Shown here: positions 9,101 through 19,274 of the stretch, piece after piece
Layout: the number at the start of each line of letters is the position of its first letter
Position numbering within the stretch: the first letter of the stretch is position 1
Assembly: GCA_949296455.1 (NCBI GenBank)
Contig: CASFOZ010000005.1
Location: forward strand, 1-64,000
Length of the DNA stretch: 64,000 nt
Source: an uncultured Eubacteriales bacterium
Lineage (GTDB): Bacteria; Bacillota; Clostridia; Christensenellales; CALVMC01
Reading direction: 5' to 3'
Program-made: the position numbers and the translations under genes
Notes under the pieces: generated by a model
What the model saw: the letters and a program-made list of their open reading frames with translations, nothing else
Databases searched by the model: none
Told to the model about the DNA's origin: nothing

Positions 9101-12100
9101 ATAATTTACGCCAACTTTAGAAACATAGGCGGTATTATAGGTAGTTTGAATGGAACGGGATACTTCAGCGAAATTTATTCTTACGAAAATCCTTTAATAA
9201 AAGACGGTAGGGTATTAGACCTTATAATTTATGACGCACAAGGCAATAGCGAAAACATTTCTGTAAAAGAAACAATTTATGGGGAAGCTTGCGTATCCGG
9301 CTTTATAGGGTACGGCGGGAAAAACGCTAAAACTTTAATTTTTGGAAATTGCGACAATTACGCTACCTGCTATTCAACGGCTAACGATGTAGGCGGATTT
9401 ATAGGTCAAAGTACTTCTACAACTTCATTAACTATGAATAACTGCTTCAACTATGCAGACCTTACATCCGGTACAGGATTTATAGGCGGACTTGCAGGCT
9501 CTCATATTTCCGGACTTGATATTACAAATTGCGGAAATTACGGCGATATAACCGCTATATCGGGCTCCAAAGCGGGCGGTTTGTTTGCCTGGATCGGTGG
9601 CAACAATACTGTAGACGATGTTATTACGAACTGTTTTAACGAGGGGAATGTAGACTGCGCACAGGACGCAGGCGGTATAGTAGGACAAATAATAAATGTT
9701 AACGATGTCAAAATAATAAACTGTTACAATAAAGGAAATGTTTTCTATAGCAGAGATGTTTCATCGGGAACCACTACTCAGACTATCGGCGGTCTTGTAG
9801 GATATGTAACAAATGTTTACGGCGCGCTGACGGTGGATAACTGTTATGTTGAATGCGAGCAGGTGGGTAATAGTAACTCTATGTTTGTAGGTGGTCTTAT
9901 CGGGAATATATACTACACAATAAGCGATTCAAGCCTTGTAATTACAAATTGCCATACCGATATAAAAAACATTTATACATCAAGAGATGTAGGCGCAGCC
10001 GTAGGTTCTCTCAAAGCCAAATCAAATTCACAGGTAACGAACTTTACCATAACCGATTGCTATTTTATGGGAGAGACGATTACGGGTTCGGTGCTTGTAG
10101 GCGGTATCTTGGGAAATGTGGCAAATATTAAAAATCTGACGCTTAAAAGAATCGCTTTACTTGTAGACCGTATTGTACTTACCAGCAACAGCTATTCAAT
10201 AGGACTTATCGCACAGGCAATAGGCGGTTTTTCCGGGAAAATCGATATATCCGATATTTATATAACTAGCGATGCGGTTACAACTTCCGGAGCGGTGTCG
10301 TTCATTGTAAGGGATTTAAGATTCAGTTACAACAGCGCAGACCTTACCTTCCTTTTAAAGAACTATTATTACAGCGGCGATATCCGCGGTTCATACAATA
10401 ACGGCAGCGGCGAAGTAAATTTCAACGCTTCGGCGACAAACCTGTTCTCTAGAATAGACAACAGCGTTGCAAGTTCGAGTTATATGAAAACATTTTCCGT
10501 TCACAATGTTCTCATAAAACAAATTCCTTCGACAACTACTTTCAATATGGTCGGCGGCGTATTTGAAAATTCCGGAACGGGACTTCCTAATTTCAGCCCC
10601 GAAATCACTAATTCGATGGAATTTTCCTTCGGTGACGAATACGACAATAGATTCGTTACGGCTGCACAGTTGCAGGATATAGATACATTCGAAAATTGGG
10701 GTATAACAGAAGATGTCAGAAGCGGAAACGCTAATACTTCTCTCACCCCTTGGGGTATAGACCCTTCGGTAAACGAAGGAAAACCCTTCCTTATGGATAT
10801 ACTCAGAAAAGATATAGTAATTTACTATAACAACATAGGCGACGACCTCGATATATTCGATAACACCGTTATAAGAGGTAGTGACGAAATCGCAACGGAA
10901 ACCGTTGTCACTGTCATTACTTATATAACCGATACTATTACTTATAATCAGTTAACAGAAGGCGCTCAGGATTACAGCGACTACGAATACTTAAAGAAAA
11001 TCAACAGAGTAGGCTACGAGGTAACGGATTTTTATAAGGCAAGAGAAGAAGACGGTAGTTTTTTAGAAGAAAACAAATATACCGAATTCGTTAAAACCGA
11101 TTCCGGCAAAATTTACACTGTTTTCGACGATATGGTATTATATGTCGATTATGCGCTTGTTAACTATACAATTGCTCTCGATAACGGCGAAGAAATCAAG
11201 GTTATGGGAGCTGTAAACAACAGTTTCAATTTAAAATCGACCGGTATCTATATTGAAAATATCAACACTGCCGAATCGGTTGCACCTTTTGTATACTTTG
11301 CTTTAAAAGTTCCCTCAAGCGCACCCGCCGCTTTTGACGCAATCGGCGAAGATAAAATGGTTCTTATTTCGGGAGAGACTGGAACTACCAATGCAATTTA
11401 TAACTTAAGTTTCGAAAACTTTATAAATCAGCAGATTTTATACAGTTATGCAAACGGAACTACTCTTACATTCAAAGCAATGTTCGTTCCCGTTTACAAA
11501 GTCTCATTTGCTCTTTCCGACGGAACATTCCCGTCCTATCTTACCATTACCAATTCGAGCGGCGTCGCAGTCTCGTTCGGTTCGGTTATAAGTATTCAGG
11601 AAGGACAATCGGAAACTTTTACTATCTCTATCGCTAAACATTATAAGTTCGGCAATCTTTATGAGATTGACGCTGAAGGTGAAAAACATACTGTTATAGC
11701 AGGGAATTCCGATAACGGTTATTTGTACAACAATACTCTGCACACTATAACTATCTTAAACTGCACGGAAGGAGAGACATATAATTTTGAAATAAGTATT
11801 GGTGCTACCGAATATACCATTAACTACGAAATCTTAAATTCTTTCGGCGACTCTATCAATCCTTCGCAGGACGATGTAAGTCTTGCATATCCTTATCAAA
11901 GTGCTTACATAGGTAACACCGTGGCAGGTCAAAATATTTATATCAATCAGGATAGCGTTTATACTTTCGTCAAATACAGATATGCTTACATATTAAACGA
12001 TTCTATCGTTTATGAAGATATAGATACTGAAAATAATACGGCTTTAGGCGCTATTGTTTGTTCCTCGGATTTTCTGAGTAAATACGCAAACGGCAATATC

Positions 12101-13594
12101 ATTACAATTCAGATTATTCTCGAATCTAATGTAAGCGTTAATATCCAAATTTCCAATTTCACAGATTGGGACGACGATTACGGCTATGTATTGATTAATG
12201 TCTATAATGCAGATAATGTCTTGCAGAGCGAATTTACTTTGAATCAATCTTATAGTTCGTTTAACGAAACTTTCGATATAGGTTATATTATCGAAGTTAT
12301 TCCTTATGCAAATACCTATTTCGAAATTACTAAATTAATGCTTAACGGTTCCGATGCTTCTTTGTCTAGCGGCAAGATTACCTTGGTTTTGGAACAGAAC
12401 CAAACCTTGAATATCGAAATGGATTATGTTAAATTCTACGTCTCATATTCCGTTGTCGACGAGAATAATAACGAAATCGACGGCGCAAACGAAAATATGT
12501 CCGCTGGGTTGGTAAACGGTAATGATTATATTACTAAAACCGGCGATATCGTTAGAGGCTCCATGAGCGAAATTTCCGGCTTCGCCTTTAATTCTTGGGG
12601 AGTTTTAGTAGGGGATATTTACATTCCTTTCTCGTCCGATTCTTTCGCAACCGACGGAACCCTCATGAACGGAACCCTCGATATCAATATCTTAGATAAC
12701 TATTCCAACGGAAATAACGAAATCGTCGTCGTTTGTAAACTCTTTACTCTCTTTAATATTAACTTCGCTATTTCCGATACCGGCGATAATTTAGGTCAGT
12801 TCAAGGTCGAAGTATTTAACGATACTTTTAATCGTTTCGATGTTGTCAATGTCGCCGAACTCGAAGTCCTGCCGTTCAATTCAAATATCAGAATTACCGC
12901 TATCGACGGCGATTACTATGATTTCATTCAGTTTACAGGCGTTTACAGCGAAGAGGTCGACGCTCAGAATCCTTTGGTCGCACAGTTCCTTCTCACCGAA
13001 TCAAGAACGATACTTCTTCAATTCCGGGCTAAAAATATCGAAACTTCTTTAACCGAAGACCTTTCAAATGCTTCAGGTCAGCTCATTGTTTCAAGCTCTT
13101 CAGGAAGTACCGATACATGGAAAGCAGGCGATACCATTTCTTTCACCTTCGACGGCTCTTTCGGTCAGGAAATAGAGTCCTTCTCGTTAAACGGCATTGA
13201 CGCAAAGGAATTAGCTTCAACTTACGATAATATCACTTACGCTAACGGAGTTCTTACCGTTACCTTGACTATCGACTTTTTGGAAAACTTTAACCTTAAA
13301 GATTTCCAAATTTCAGTCTCTTCCGAAATCGGTACTGTTTATCTCGTTATGCTTCTCAGCATTATTATCGTTCCTATCGTGCTTACCGTGCTTATTTTGA
13401 TTTTCGTTATAATCAATATCAAGAGAAGAAAGAAAGCTATGGAAATCGTTGCTCAGAGAAAAGCTTCTATGTCGAGATTCGAAGCGTCCAGTATGGTAAG
13501 CGAACTTAAAAAAGGAACCTATCAGCAGGTGGACAGAAATGTTTCCAAAGAGGAAATAGAAAGACAGCTTAAAGCAAGAAAAGACAATAAATAA
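6173..13594 (+). CDS. Giant surface protein B1 (2473 aa). Signal peptide (possibly lipoprotein-like, ...LAVC), then a very long Cys-ladder GLUG-like beta-helix region and Ig-like C-terminal modules. It ends with a C-terminal TM helix and a basic cytoplasmic tail.
   Basis: A 7.4-kb ORF starts 15 nt after A1, with RBS aagggga. More than 20 rungs of the type NC(x)NYGDI...(V/A)GG(I/F)(I/V/A)G are visible. The motif TFENWG...PWGIDPSVNEGKPFL is related to the A-protein ETWG...NNGLPYL. The C-terminus is LVMLLSIIIVPIVLTVLILIFVIINI followed by KRRKKAMEIVAQRKAS...EIERQLKARKDNK. Confidence 0.9.
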   Translation: MNKNYSLNKSLSKILFIALVLFLAVALAVCTAVSGTGSLIVSENKVTTNSENTSTIYGADITEYDGTVSAAVQEDFDDANLAGRWQGTIDTAYDPSSETVNAGQDGSFAKPYYIETAEQLINVINNASSKSGSEYTDAAYNNADTYFIIKNDIDLGSKMYAVSDQSRALFNITGYDYTALSGYEDFATSTGFTDGGNNYSDTENPFKAIKKYLDDKNIGESVSDIQQTGNDFATIYNLYIEPESSSNTIEVGLFNLFNASALGINIYNAYANNSLAFDNFGFFAGASTTDAYFAKINIKGATFVYGDSYSSRSIGGILGRAQDGHSVTFDSVGFEGGIIAAGIRHIGGMVGYVYTGTNLTFTGTNETYGKISAQRESGGFVGYVESSNLVFESNNTNNIDIDTTNNAVGGFVGLQSEGSLSFTGSSKNLGTVRGYSYVGGFVGSLAARNVTITGGVNGYNGGAADDTLVEKYNDPNSAIEASNIYVGGFIGRLRRAEAVLSITNSHNYMVLKNVAGVAPSTAYGGIVGEFEGASATIENCINHADINNFYKTADGAQSNAVGGIVGSLRADFVIQSCKNYGDIKSHMRVGGIAGLANYNNTSVKIYDSINYGTIYATGYDAAGIFASAYANIYPIRIERCENYASIYVSPTMNLAGTAKQDGSVYSDEEAFEVTTDDKNTKYKDTPTVAGGILGYYKHLTNEVDGVYVIDCVNGTSETQNKIKVYGRNVGGIVGGNGRNAANINFTINLINNTNYMDVHSGGFVGGLYGYITGYTNLTIGNPSFDEGYQKIYGNFGTVYSYVGGDANISADTGSLIGKIGGYLKLVGKNDYINDTVVNSENVCVGGIIGYMTLTYSESVDLCANWGNEETINGGRTHVGGILGGYTGGSVKITGQMYNTGEVICQYGTSYIGGLIGRALGALTISAKVYNEGNVYSQLKTTDASYGTVSGSIGGLIGSMENNIEFTEGAAGSYNSGIIYANFRNIGGIIGSLNGTGYFSEIYSYENPLIKDGRVLDLIIYDAQGNSENISVKETIYGEACVSGFIGYGGKNAKTLIFGNCDNYATCYSTANDVGGFIGQSTSTTSLTMNNCFNYADLTSGTGFIGGLAGSHISGLDITNCGNYGDITAISGSKAGGLFAWIGGNNTVDDVITNCFNEGNVDCAQDAGGIVGQIINVNDVKIINCYNKGNVFYSRDVSSGTTTQTIGGLVGYVTNVYGALTVDNCYVECEQVGNSNSMFVGGLIGNIYYTISDSSLVITNCHTDIKNIYTSRDVGAAVGSLKAKSNSQVTNFTITDCYFMGETITGSVLVGGILGNVANIKNLTLKRIALLVDRIVLTSNSYSIGLIAQAIGGFSGKIDISDIYITSDAVTTSGAVSFIVRDLRFSYNSADLTFLLKNYYYSGDIRGSYNNGSGEVNFNASATNLFSRIDNSVASSSYMKTFSVHNVLIKQIPSTTTFNMVGGVFENSGTGLPNFSPEITNSMEFSFGDEYDNRFVTAAQLQDIDTFENWGITEDVRSGNANTSLTPWGIDPSVNEGKPFLMDILRKDIVIYYNNIGDDLDIFDNTVIRGSDEIATETVVTVITYITDTITYNQLTEGAQDYSDYEYLKKINRVGYEVTDFYKAREEDGSFLEENKYTEFVKTDSGKIYTVFDDMVLYVDYALVNYTIALDNGEEIKVMGAVNNSFNLKSTGIYIENINTAESVAPFVYFALKVPSSAPAAFDAIGEDKMVLISGETGTTNAIYNLSFENFINQQILYSYANGTTLTFKAMFVPVYKVSFALSDGTFPSYLTITNSSGVAVSFGSVISIQEGQSETFTISIAKHYKFGNLYEIDAEGEKHTVIAGNSDNGYLYNNTLHTITILNCTEGETYNFEISIGATEYTINYEILNSFGDSINPSQDDVSLAYPYQSAYIGNTVAGQNIYINQDSVYTFVKYRYAYILNDSIVYEDIDTENNTALGAIVCSSDFLSKYANGNIITIQIILESNVSVNIQISNFTDWDDDYGYVLINVYNADNVLQSEFTLNQSYSSFNETFDIGYIIEVIPYANTYFEITKLMLNGSDASLSSGKITLVLEQNQTLNIEMDYVKFYVSYSVVDENNNEIDGANENMSAGLVNGNDYITKTGDIVRGSMSEISGFAFNSWGVLVGDIYIPFSSDSFATDGTLMNGTLDINILDNYSNGNNEIVVVCKLFTLFNINFAISDTGDNLGQFKVEVFNDTFNRFDVVNVAELEVLPFNSNIRITAIDGDYYDFIQFTGVYSEEVDAQNPLVAQFLLTESRTILLQFRAKNIETSLTEDLSNASGQLIVSSSSGSTDTWKAGDTISFTFDGSFGQEIESFSLNGIDAKELASTYDNITYANGVLTVTLTIDFLENFNLKDFQISVSSEIGTVYLVMLLSIIIVPIVLTVLILIFVIINIKRRKKAMEIVAQRKASMSRFEASSMVSELKKGTYQQVDRNVSKEEIERQLKARKDNK

Positions 13595-13627
13595 TTGCTT
13601 TTAATTAAAAAATTGTATTTAGTATAT

Positions 13628-13656
13628 AGCCCGGTAGACTTACCGGGCTTTTACTT
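13628..13656 (+). terminator. Possible intrinsic terminator after B1 (weak T-run)
   Basis: Hairpin agcccggta-gact-taccgggct is followed by ttttactttaat. Confidence 0.45.
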
Positions 13657-13772
13657 TAATATGGTATATTTAATTTACCGTTTATTTTTTATCGGCTTAT
13701 TTAAATTAGTCTGTCTGAATTGTCATTTTTTTACTTATTACAATATTAATTTAACTTTAAAAAATATATAAT

Positions 13773-13794
13773 ATCGTTACAAAACGATTTTTTT
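13773..13794 (+). terminator. Intrinsic terminator after B1
   Basis: atcgtt-acaa-aacgat stem-loop followed by tttttt. Confidence 0.6.
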
Positions 13795-13854
13795 GCTTAC
13801 AAAATCTTTTTCTTTATCTTGTAATTTTTGGAATATTTTGTTTATTAGGTATCT

Positions 13855-13883
13855 ATTGACTTTATTTATAATAGATATTATAA
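13855..13883 (+). promoter_or_regulatory. Sigma-A type promoter (TTGACT-17-TATAAT) for giant-protein pair 2
   Basis: ttgact at 13855-13860, a 17-nt spacer, tataat at 13878-13883. It shares the ctattgacttta core with the 754-782 promoter. RBS aaggag precedes the ATG at 13945. Confidence 0.7.
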
Positions 13884-13944
13884 TATACTTACTGATAGTA
13901 TTGCTAAAATACTGTTATACAATTCTATATAAGGAGTTGTTATT

Positions 13945-16900
13945 ATGAGTTTAAAAAACAAACTGATATCATTATTTGTAATAACATTTATAATTATTAG
14001 TTTATTATGCATTTTGTTTTCAGGTAACAGTATTTCTTTAAACACATACCTTTCAAACGGCTCGGCGGCTAATACAGAGAGTACTGTCGATTATACAAAC
14101 AAAATGCCTACTAATAATAAGATTTCACAAATTCAGAGTTTGGCTAATCCTCTTAATTATGTCAGTATTTCCATACCCGACGATGAAAAACCTGAGGGAA
14201 GAGGAACTTATCGCGAACCGTATATAATTATGGACGCAGGCGATTTAAGATGGCTTACTAACAGGGTAGGTTACGGCGAGTCGGGTTCAAACACTAATAT
14301 ATATGTCGAACTCGGCGAAAATATAGATATGAGTAAACTTACCACAAAAGCCAGGGCACTTACAACTTCTTTGACTCACAGCGGTTATTATAAAAGCGGT
14401 TCAAGCTATGTTGCAAGAACGGCAAACTATATTGTTTGTACAGATTTTTTAGATGTAAAGGAAGGCGAACAGATAGATTCCCAGTTTTATGCTCAGTATC
14501 AGACTTCTACTTCCGATTATTTCTATACCATATTTCCTTTCGATTCCTCTGAAAAAATGATAGAGAGCGGAATTAAAGAATTTACTATAAAATACAACAC
14601 TAATGTCAGTACATGGTATACCGTTCCTGCGGGAGTTAAATATATTAAAATACAGGTGTGGAATACCGCTTCGGCAAATATAAACTCAAATAGATTGGTT
14701 TATACCAGCTATAAAAGCACAAATGCGGCAATCACTTACAACACATATTCCTGGATGCCGATAGGTAACGATATAAAGCCTTTCAGCGGTAATTTTGACG
14801 GGAAAAACCATACTATTTCGAATCTTACCATAAGCACCAACCTTTTGGCAGGCGCGGCAAGCGATTATACTATGCTGGGACTTTTCGGAAGAGTCAGCGG
14901 CGGCGAATATAAAAATGTCAATATCGTAAACAGCTGTATAGAAGGAACCTATACCGCAGGCGAAGTTCATTTAGGACTTTTTATGGGCGGCGGTACAGGC
15001 AGGGTTTCTCTCGATAACATTACGGTAGGGGCAAATGTTCCTTTGGAAGAAGAGGGATCGATTATTTCCGGTACATTCCCGCAAAACGCAAGGGTCGGCG
15101 GAGTTATAGGAAGTGCGGTAACTACAGCTCTTACCAATTTAAAGAATTATGCCTGGGTTCAAGGAAACTCTTCCTACATGGGCGGCATTGCAGGTTATGT
15201 AAGCGGACTTACAAATTTCGAATACAATAACTCTTCAAATTTATATAATTACGGAAGGGTAAAAAAGAACGACGGTTCTTCCGCCGATGCGGGAGGCATA
15301 TTCGGAACTGCCGAATATACTAATTTAGAAGATTCCGCAAATTACGGTACAGTTACCGGCGCAGTCGCAGGCGGTATTATAGGAAAACATAAAGGCGGAA
15401 CTATTTCTAGTTGCGTCAATAACGCCGTCTATGTCGAAGGAAAAGCAGGAGTAGGCGGTATCGTCGGGAATATTCTCAAAGGAGTAACGGCTTCGGTGAG
15501 CGACTGCACAAACAACGGCAGGGTTGTCACTACTCAGGAAAGTGCGGATAACGATAGCGATGTCTGCATAGGCGGTATTGTCGGAAGAATAGACGAGGAT
15601 ACCGTAGTAACAAGAAAAAAATATATTTCAGGCTGCGTAAATAACGGTCAGGTTTATGACCAATACAGAACGGCCGATACCGGCAACAACAACGCCAATG
15701 TTATAAGAATGGGCGGAATTGTAGGCGCTTCTTTCTACGCTTATATTATAGAGTGCGAAAATAACGGTGAAGTCCGTACGCCTTCTTACGAAGTAGGAGG
15801 GGTTTTAGGTTATGCTTCGGTAACCGATATCAGCAAATGCTACAATAACGGTAGGGTTCAAGGCGCAAGCAGAGTCGGCGGAATATTCGGAAATTTCGGA
15901 GGAAGAAATACGAATGTTACCGTTTCCGATTGCTTTAATCAGGGCGAAATAAGAGCAACTAAAACCAACGGCGGCTATGACGGCGCTGTCGCAGGCGGAA
16001 TAGCAGGCAGGTACGACGCCTCTTTAAAAACAAACAGTACTTTTATAAGATGTATAAACATAGGTACCGTCACAGGTAACAATGCAGGCGGTATCGCTGG
16101 CTGGGCAAAAGACCTTAACTCAAATAATTTAAACAATTATTTATTAATGGATAGCTGTTATAATGCAGGAGAGGTAAACGGCAAGAATTATGCAGGCGGT
16201 ATATTCGGCGTAATTACTTCTTCTACCGCTCACAAGACAGGCGTTATGAAAGTAATGAATGTTTATAACTCGGGACAGGTTAATTTAACGGGTAGCGGTC
16301 AGAAAGGTTCTTTTGCGGCTTTGATTTATAATAACGCTAATGCTAAGCCGGAATTAAATGTTTCTAACTTTTATGCCTATTACAGTTCGGGCACGCCTTA
16401 TTCTATTGTAAATCAAAACGGAAACGGAAGTTCATATCAGTTCAATCTTACCGGAATAAACGAAAGCACGAGCAATTTGGTAGGCTCGGTAAATCAATCG
16501 GATTTTGCAGGCTTCGATTTCGGGGCAGATGAAACCTGGGGAATCGTTCCCGGTTACAATAACGGTCTTCCTTACATAAGAGCTATTGATGAAATAGAAT
16601 TGACTTTCGATTATAATACTGTCGGAATAGAAAACGAAACTATTATTGTTCTTTACGGAACAGGCAGCTATACATTAAGCAATACAGTATATAATGAAGA
16701 CGCAAAATACGGCTATAAAGTAAGTAACTGGACTTTAAGTCAGGACGGAAGCGGTACAAGTTACGCCAACGGTGATTCCATTCCCGTTCAAAGACTCAGA
16801 GATATGGTAATATACGCAAACTATGTAGGTGCGCCTTATACTATAAAAATAGCCGGCATAACAAGTACGATAGACGGTGCGTTGACAAATGTCAGCGGCG

Positions 16901-19257
16901 GAGCGGAAGTTGCAATAAAGGAAGACAACGGAGATTCTAAAATTTATGACGGAACATTTACGATAGAAAGTTCTTCGAACTATAACATAGTGGCGTCAGG
17001 TAACAGCACTGTAAGCGGCTCTACATTTAACTTTGCAGGTTGGAATGTTTTAACTTCTGACGGAAGTTATGCGCCGGTAATTTATGGAGATACGGGAACG
17101 ACATTATCGCTATATGAAGTTTTCAGCAGAATGACCGAAGGTTGGGATTCAAACGGAGTTATAACCCTTGTTCCGAAAACAGGTAACATAATTACTTTAT
17201 CGTTTGAAGTAGATGGGGTTTCCCGTGGCGTGGTTCAGGTCAACGGCGTGTCAATGAATTTCGGCGGAAATTCCGCTGCGTATGCAGGAACGGATTATAC
17301 GGTAAGTTCAACCCTTGCAAGTTACTATGAGGTTGAAGAATATACGGTAAATTATCCTGCAGTATCAGGTATCAGCGCAAAAGAGGAAAAATACACTGCT
17401 CAGTCATTTGCGCTGTCGTTGGATTCAAGATACGAAGGAGCCGTTATAACCATAACCGTTAAATACAGGGCAATGGACTTAACATTTACGATATATGCAA
17501 TCGATACCAATCAGAACAGCATAGGCAACCCTTCGGAATTTGCAAGTTTAACAAGCGGAACTTTCAATGTAAACGGAAGATTATCGGAAAATATAGAAAT
17601 TTCCGAAACGCAAAGATACAGATTTTCCGAACTCAGAATTCTAAACAGGAGAACAAGCGAAAATTATACATTAACAAGCAACGATTTAAGTCAGGGCGAC
17701 GGATATGTTTTAAGAAACGATGCTATTTCATTGGACGAAGGCTTTTTATACAATTACAGCTATAACAACGAAGTCGTAATATATCTTGTTTATGAGGAAT
17801 ATTACCTTATAAACGTAACTTCCTCAGAGGGCGGATACCTTACCATATTCATTGACGAAGGTAACGGCTATATAGAAAGCGCTTACGCAGGTCTTGAAGA
17901 AAATACCGGAGGCGAAGGAGAAGAAGACAAAAAACCCGTAATAATAAGCACGGTATCCTTGTATCTTAAAAACGGCGTAAAAATCAGAATAGACGCTACC
18001 GCAAGCGACGCTTACAAGTTCGATACTTATTCAGTAGACGGCCCTCTTTATACAATAATCGGTACGCAGCTCAATTTTGTAGCCAGCGAAGACACCGTTG
18101 TGCTCGGTCAATTCGGTTTTGTTACCTATACAATTAAATACATTCCGAAAACCGACGGCGGTTCTACAATAGGCGTGATTGACGGCGGAATTTTCGTAAA
18201 CGGCGAAAAAACCAATATCGCAAAACTCGGCGATATCGTGACATTAGAACTTCCGCCGGTAAGTAAATATAAACTTTTAAATATTAAATTAACCTTAAAC
18301 AACGGAAGCGAAATCGAAGTCGGCTACGATGAAATAAAATCTTTTACTCTTACCAAAGATGCCGTAGTTAAATATTTCAATGAAAAAAATATCGCAACCA
18401 TTACCGCAACTTACAGCAGACAGAGAACCTTTACCGTTAATATCGACGATATTTCGTCAGGTTCCGTTGCTTGCTATATCGTCGAAGGAGACAGCGAAAC
18501 TTCGTTCGATGCGGTTATCGGTGAAACTTATATCTTTAACGCCAATACCGTTATTAAAATTGTCGCAACCCCTGCTAAATATTACGATTTTAATGAGTTT
18601 AAAGGACAGATTACAGCAAGCGAAATAACGGCGGACGATAATATCGTAAATGTAAAATTAAGTTCCGACAGAATAATACTCGTGTCTTTTACGCCTAAGG
18701 AATATTTCCTTGAAATAATAGACGCTTCCGGCGAAAATGTTAACGGTGAATTTTCCGCAAAATCAAGAAACATAAAAATAGGAGATACCGTTGTTCTGAC
18801 GTTTTCGCCAAATAACGGCTACGCTATTCGCACATGGACTATTAACGGCATAGATGTTCTTGCAGAAGATGTGCAGGATAATATCGTATTCTCCGGTAAT
18901 ACCGTCAGTATTACAATAGACAAAGATTGGCTTGACACATTTACCGACAATAAAATGACAAGTATTGTAACAACTCAGATATCGCCTCTTGTTATGGGTA
19001 TCGTTATAGGGGGCGGCGCAGGTATACTTTTGCTTGTGGCTATTTTAGTAATATTAATGGTTCTTTCGCAGAAGCAGAATAAAAAGATTAAAGAAGAACT
19101 TCTCGAAGAAAATAAAGAAAAAATGAAATTTATCGGCGAAAGTAATATCGTCGGCAGACTGAAAACAGGTGAAAATGTTACTCAGATAAAAGGCAGCGAT
19201 ATTAAAGCTGCTAAAAAAGCTAAAAAAGAAGCGAAGAAAAACGCTAAAAACAGGTAA
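13945..19257 (+). CDS. Giant surface protein A2 (1770 aa), a paralog of A1 with the same architecture
   Basis: Collinear with A1 over its whole length (e.g. SISIPDDEKPEGRG, ...DIDMSKLTTKA, PFSGNFDGKNHTISNLTIST, FAGFDFGADETWGIVPGYNNGLPYIRAIDEI, the InlB-B-like C-terminal modules). The TM and tail are almost identical to A1 (LSQKQNKKIKEELLEENKEKMKF...). Confidence 0.9.
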   Translation: MSLKNKLISLFVITFIIISLLCILFSGNSISLNTYLSNGSAANTESTVDYTNKMPTNNKISQIQSLANPLNYVSISIPDDEKPEGRGTYREPYIIMDAGDLRWLTNRVGYGESGSNTNIYVELGENIDMSKLTTKARALTTSLTHSGYYKSGSSYVARTANYIVCTDFLDVKEGEQIDSQFYAQYQTSTSDYFYTIFPFDSSEKMIESGIKEFTIKYNTNVSTWYTVPAGVKYIKIQVWNTASANINSNRLVYTSYKSTNAAITYNTYSWMPIGNDIKPFSGNFDGKNHTISNLTISTNLLAGAASDYTMLGLFGRVSGGEYKNVNIVNSCIEGTYTAGEVHLGLFMGGGTGRVSLDNITVGANVPLEEEGSIISGTFPQNARVGGVIGSAVTTALTNLKNYAWVQGNSSYMGGIAGYVSGLTNFEYNNSSNLYNYGRVKKNDGSSADAGGIFGTAEYTNLEDSANYGTVTGAVAGGIIGKHKGGTISSCVNNAVYVEGKAGVGGIVGNILKGVTASVSDCTNNGRVVTTQESADNDSDVCIGGIVGRIDEDTVVTRKKYISGCVNNGQVYDQYRTADTGNNNANVIRMGGIVGASFYAYIIECENNGEVRTPSYEVGGVLGYASVTDISKCYNNGRVQGASRVGGIFGNFGGRNTNVTVSDCFNQGEIRATKTNGGYDGAVAGGIAGRYDASLKTNSTFIRCINIGTVTGNNAGGIAGWAKDLNSNNLNNYLLMDSCYNAGEVNGKNYAGGIFGVITSSTAHKTGVMKVMNVYNSGQVNLTGSGQKGSFAALIYNNANAKPELNVSNFYAYYSSGTPYSIVNQNGNGSSYQFNLTGINESTSNLVGSVNQSDFAGFDFGADETWGIVPGYNNGLPYIRAIDEIELTFDYNTVGIENETIIVLYGTGSYTLSNTVYNEDAKYGYKVSNWTLSQDGSGTSYANGDSIPVQRLRDMVIYANYVGAPYTIKIAGITSTIDGALTNVSGGAEVAIKEDNGDSKIYDGTFTIESSSNYNIVASGNSTVSGSTFNFAGWNVLTSDGSYAPVIYGDTGTTLSLYEVFSRMTEGWDSNGVITLVPKTGNIITLSFEVDGVSRGVVQVNGVSMNFGGNSAAYAGTDYTVSSTLASYYEVEEYTVNYPAVSGISAKEEKYTAQSFALSLDSRYEGAVITITVKYRAMDLTFTIYAIDTNQNSIGNPSEFASLTSGTFNVNGRLSENIEISETQRYRFSELRILNRRTSENYTLTSNDLSQGDGYVLRNDAISLDEGFLYNYSYNNEVVIYLVYEEYYLINVTSSEGGYLTIFIDEGNGYIESAYAGLEENTGGEGEEDKKPVIISTVSLYLKNGVKIRIDATASDAYKFDTYSVDGPLYTIIGTQLNFVASEDTVVLGQFGFVTYTIKYIPKTDGGSTIGVIDGGIFVNGEKTNIAKLGDIVTLELPPVSKYKLLNIKLTLNNGSEIEVGYDEIKSFTLTKDAVVKYFNEKNIATITATYSRQRTFTVNIDDISSGSVACYIVEGDSETSFDAVIGETYIFNANTVIKIVATPAKYYDFNEFKGQITASEITADDNIVNVKLSSDRIILVSFTPKEYFLEIIDASGENVNGEFSAKSRNIKIGDTVVLTFSPNNGYAIRTWTINGIDVLAEDVQDNIVFSGNTVSITIDKDWLDTFTDNKMTSIVTTQISPLVMGIVIGGGAGILLLVAILVILMVLSQKQNKKIKEELLEENKEKMKFIGESNIVGRLKTGENVTQIKGSDIKAAKKAKKEAKKNAKNR

Positions 19258-19274
19258 CAGGAGGCAGGATAATT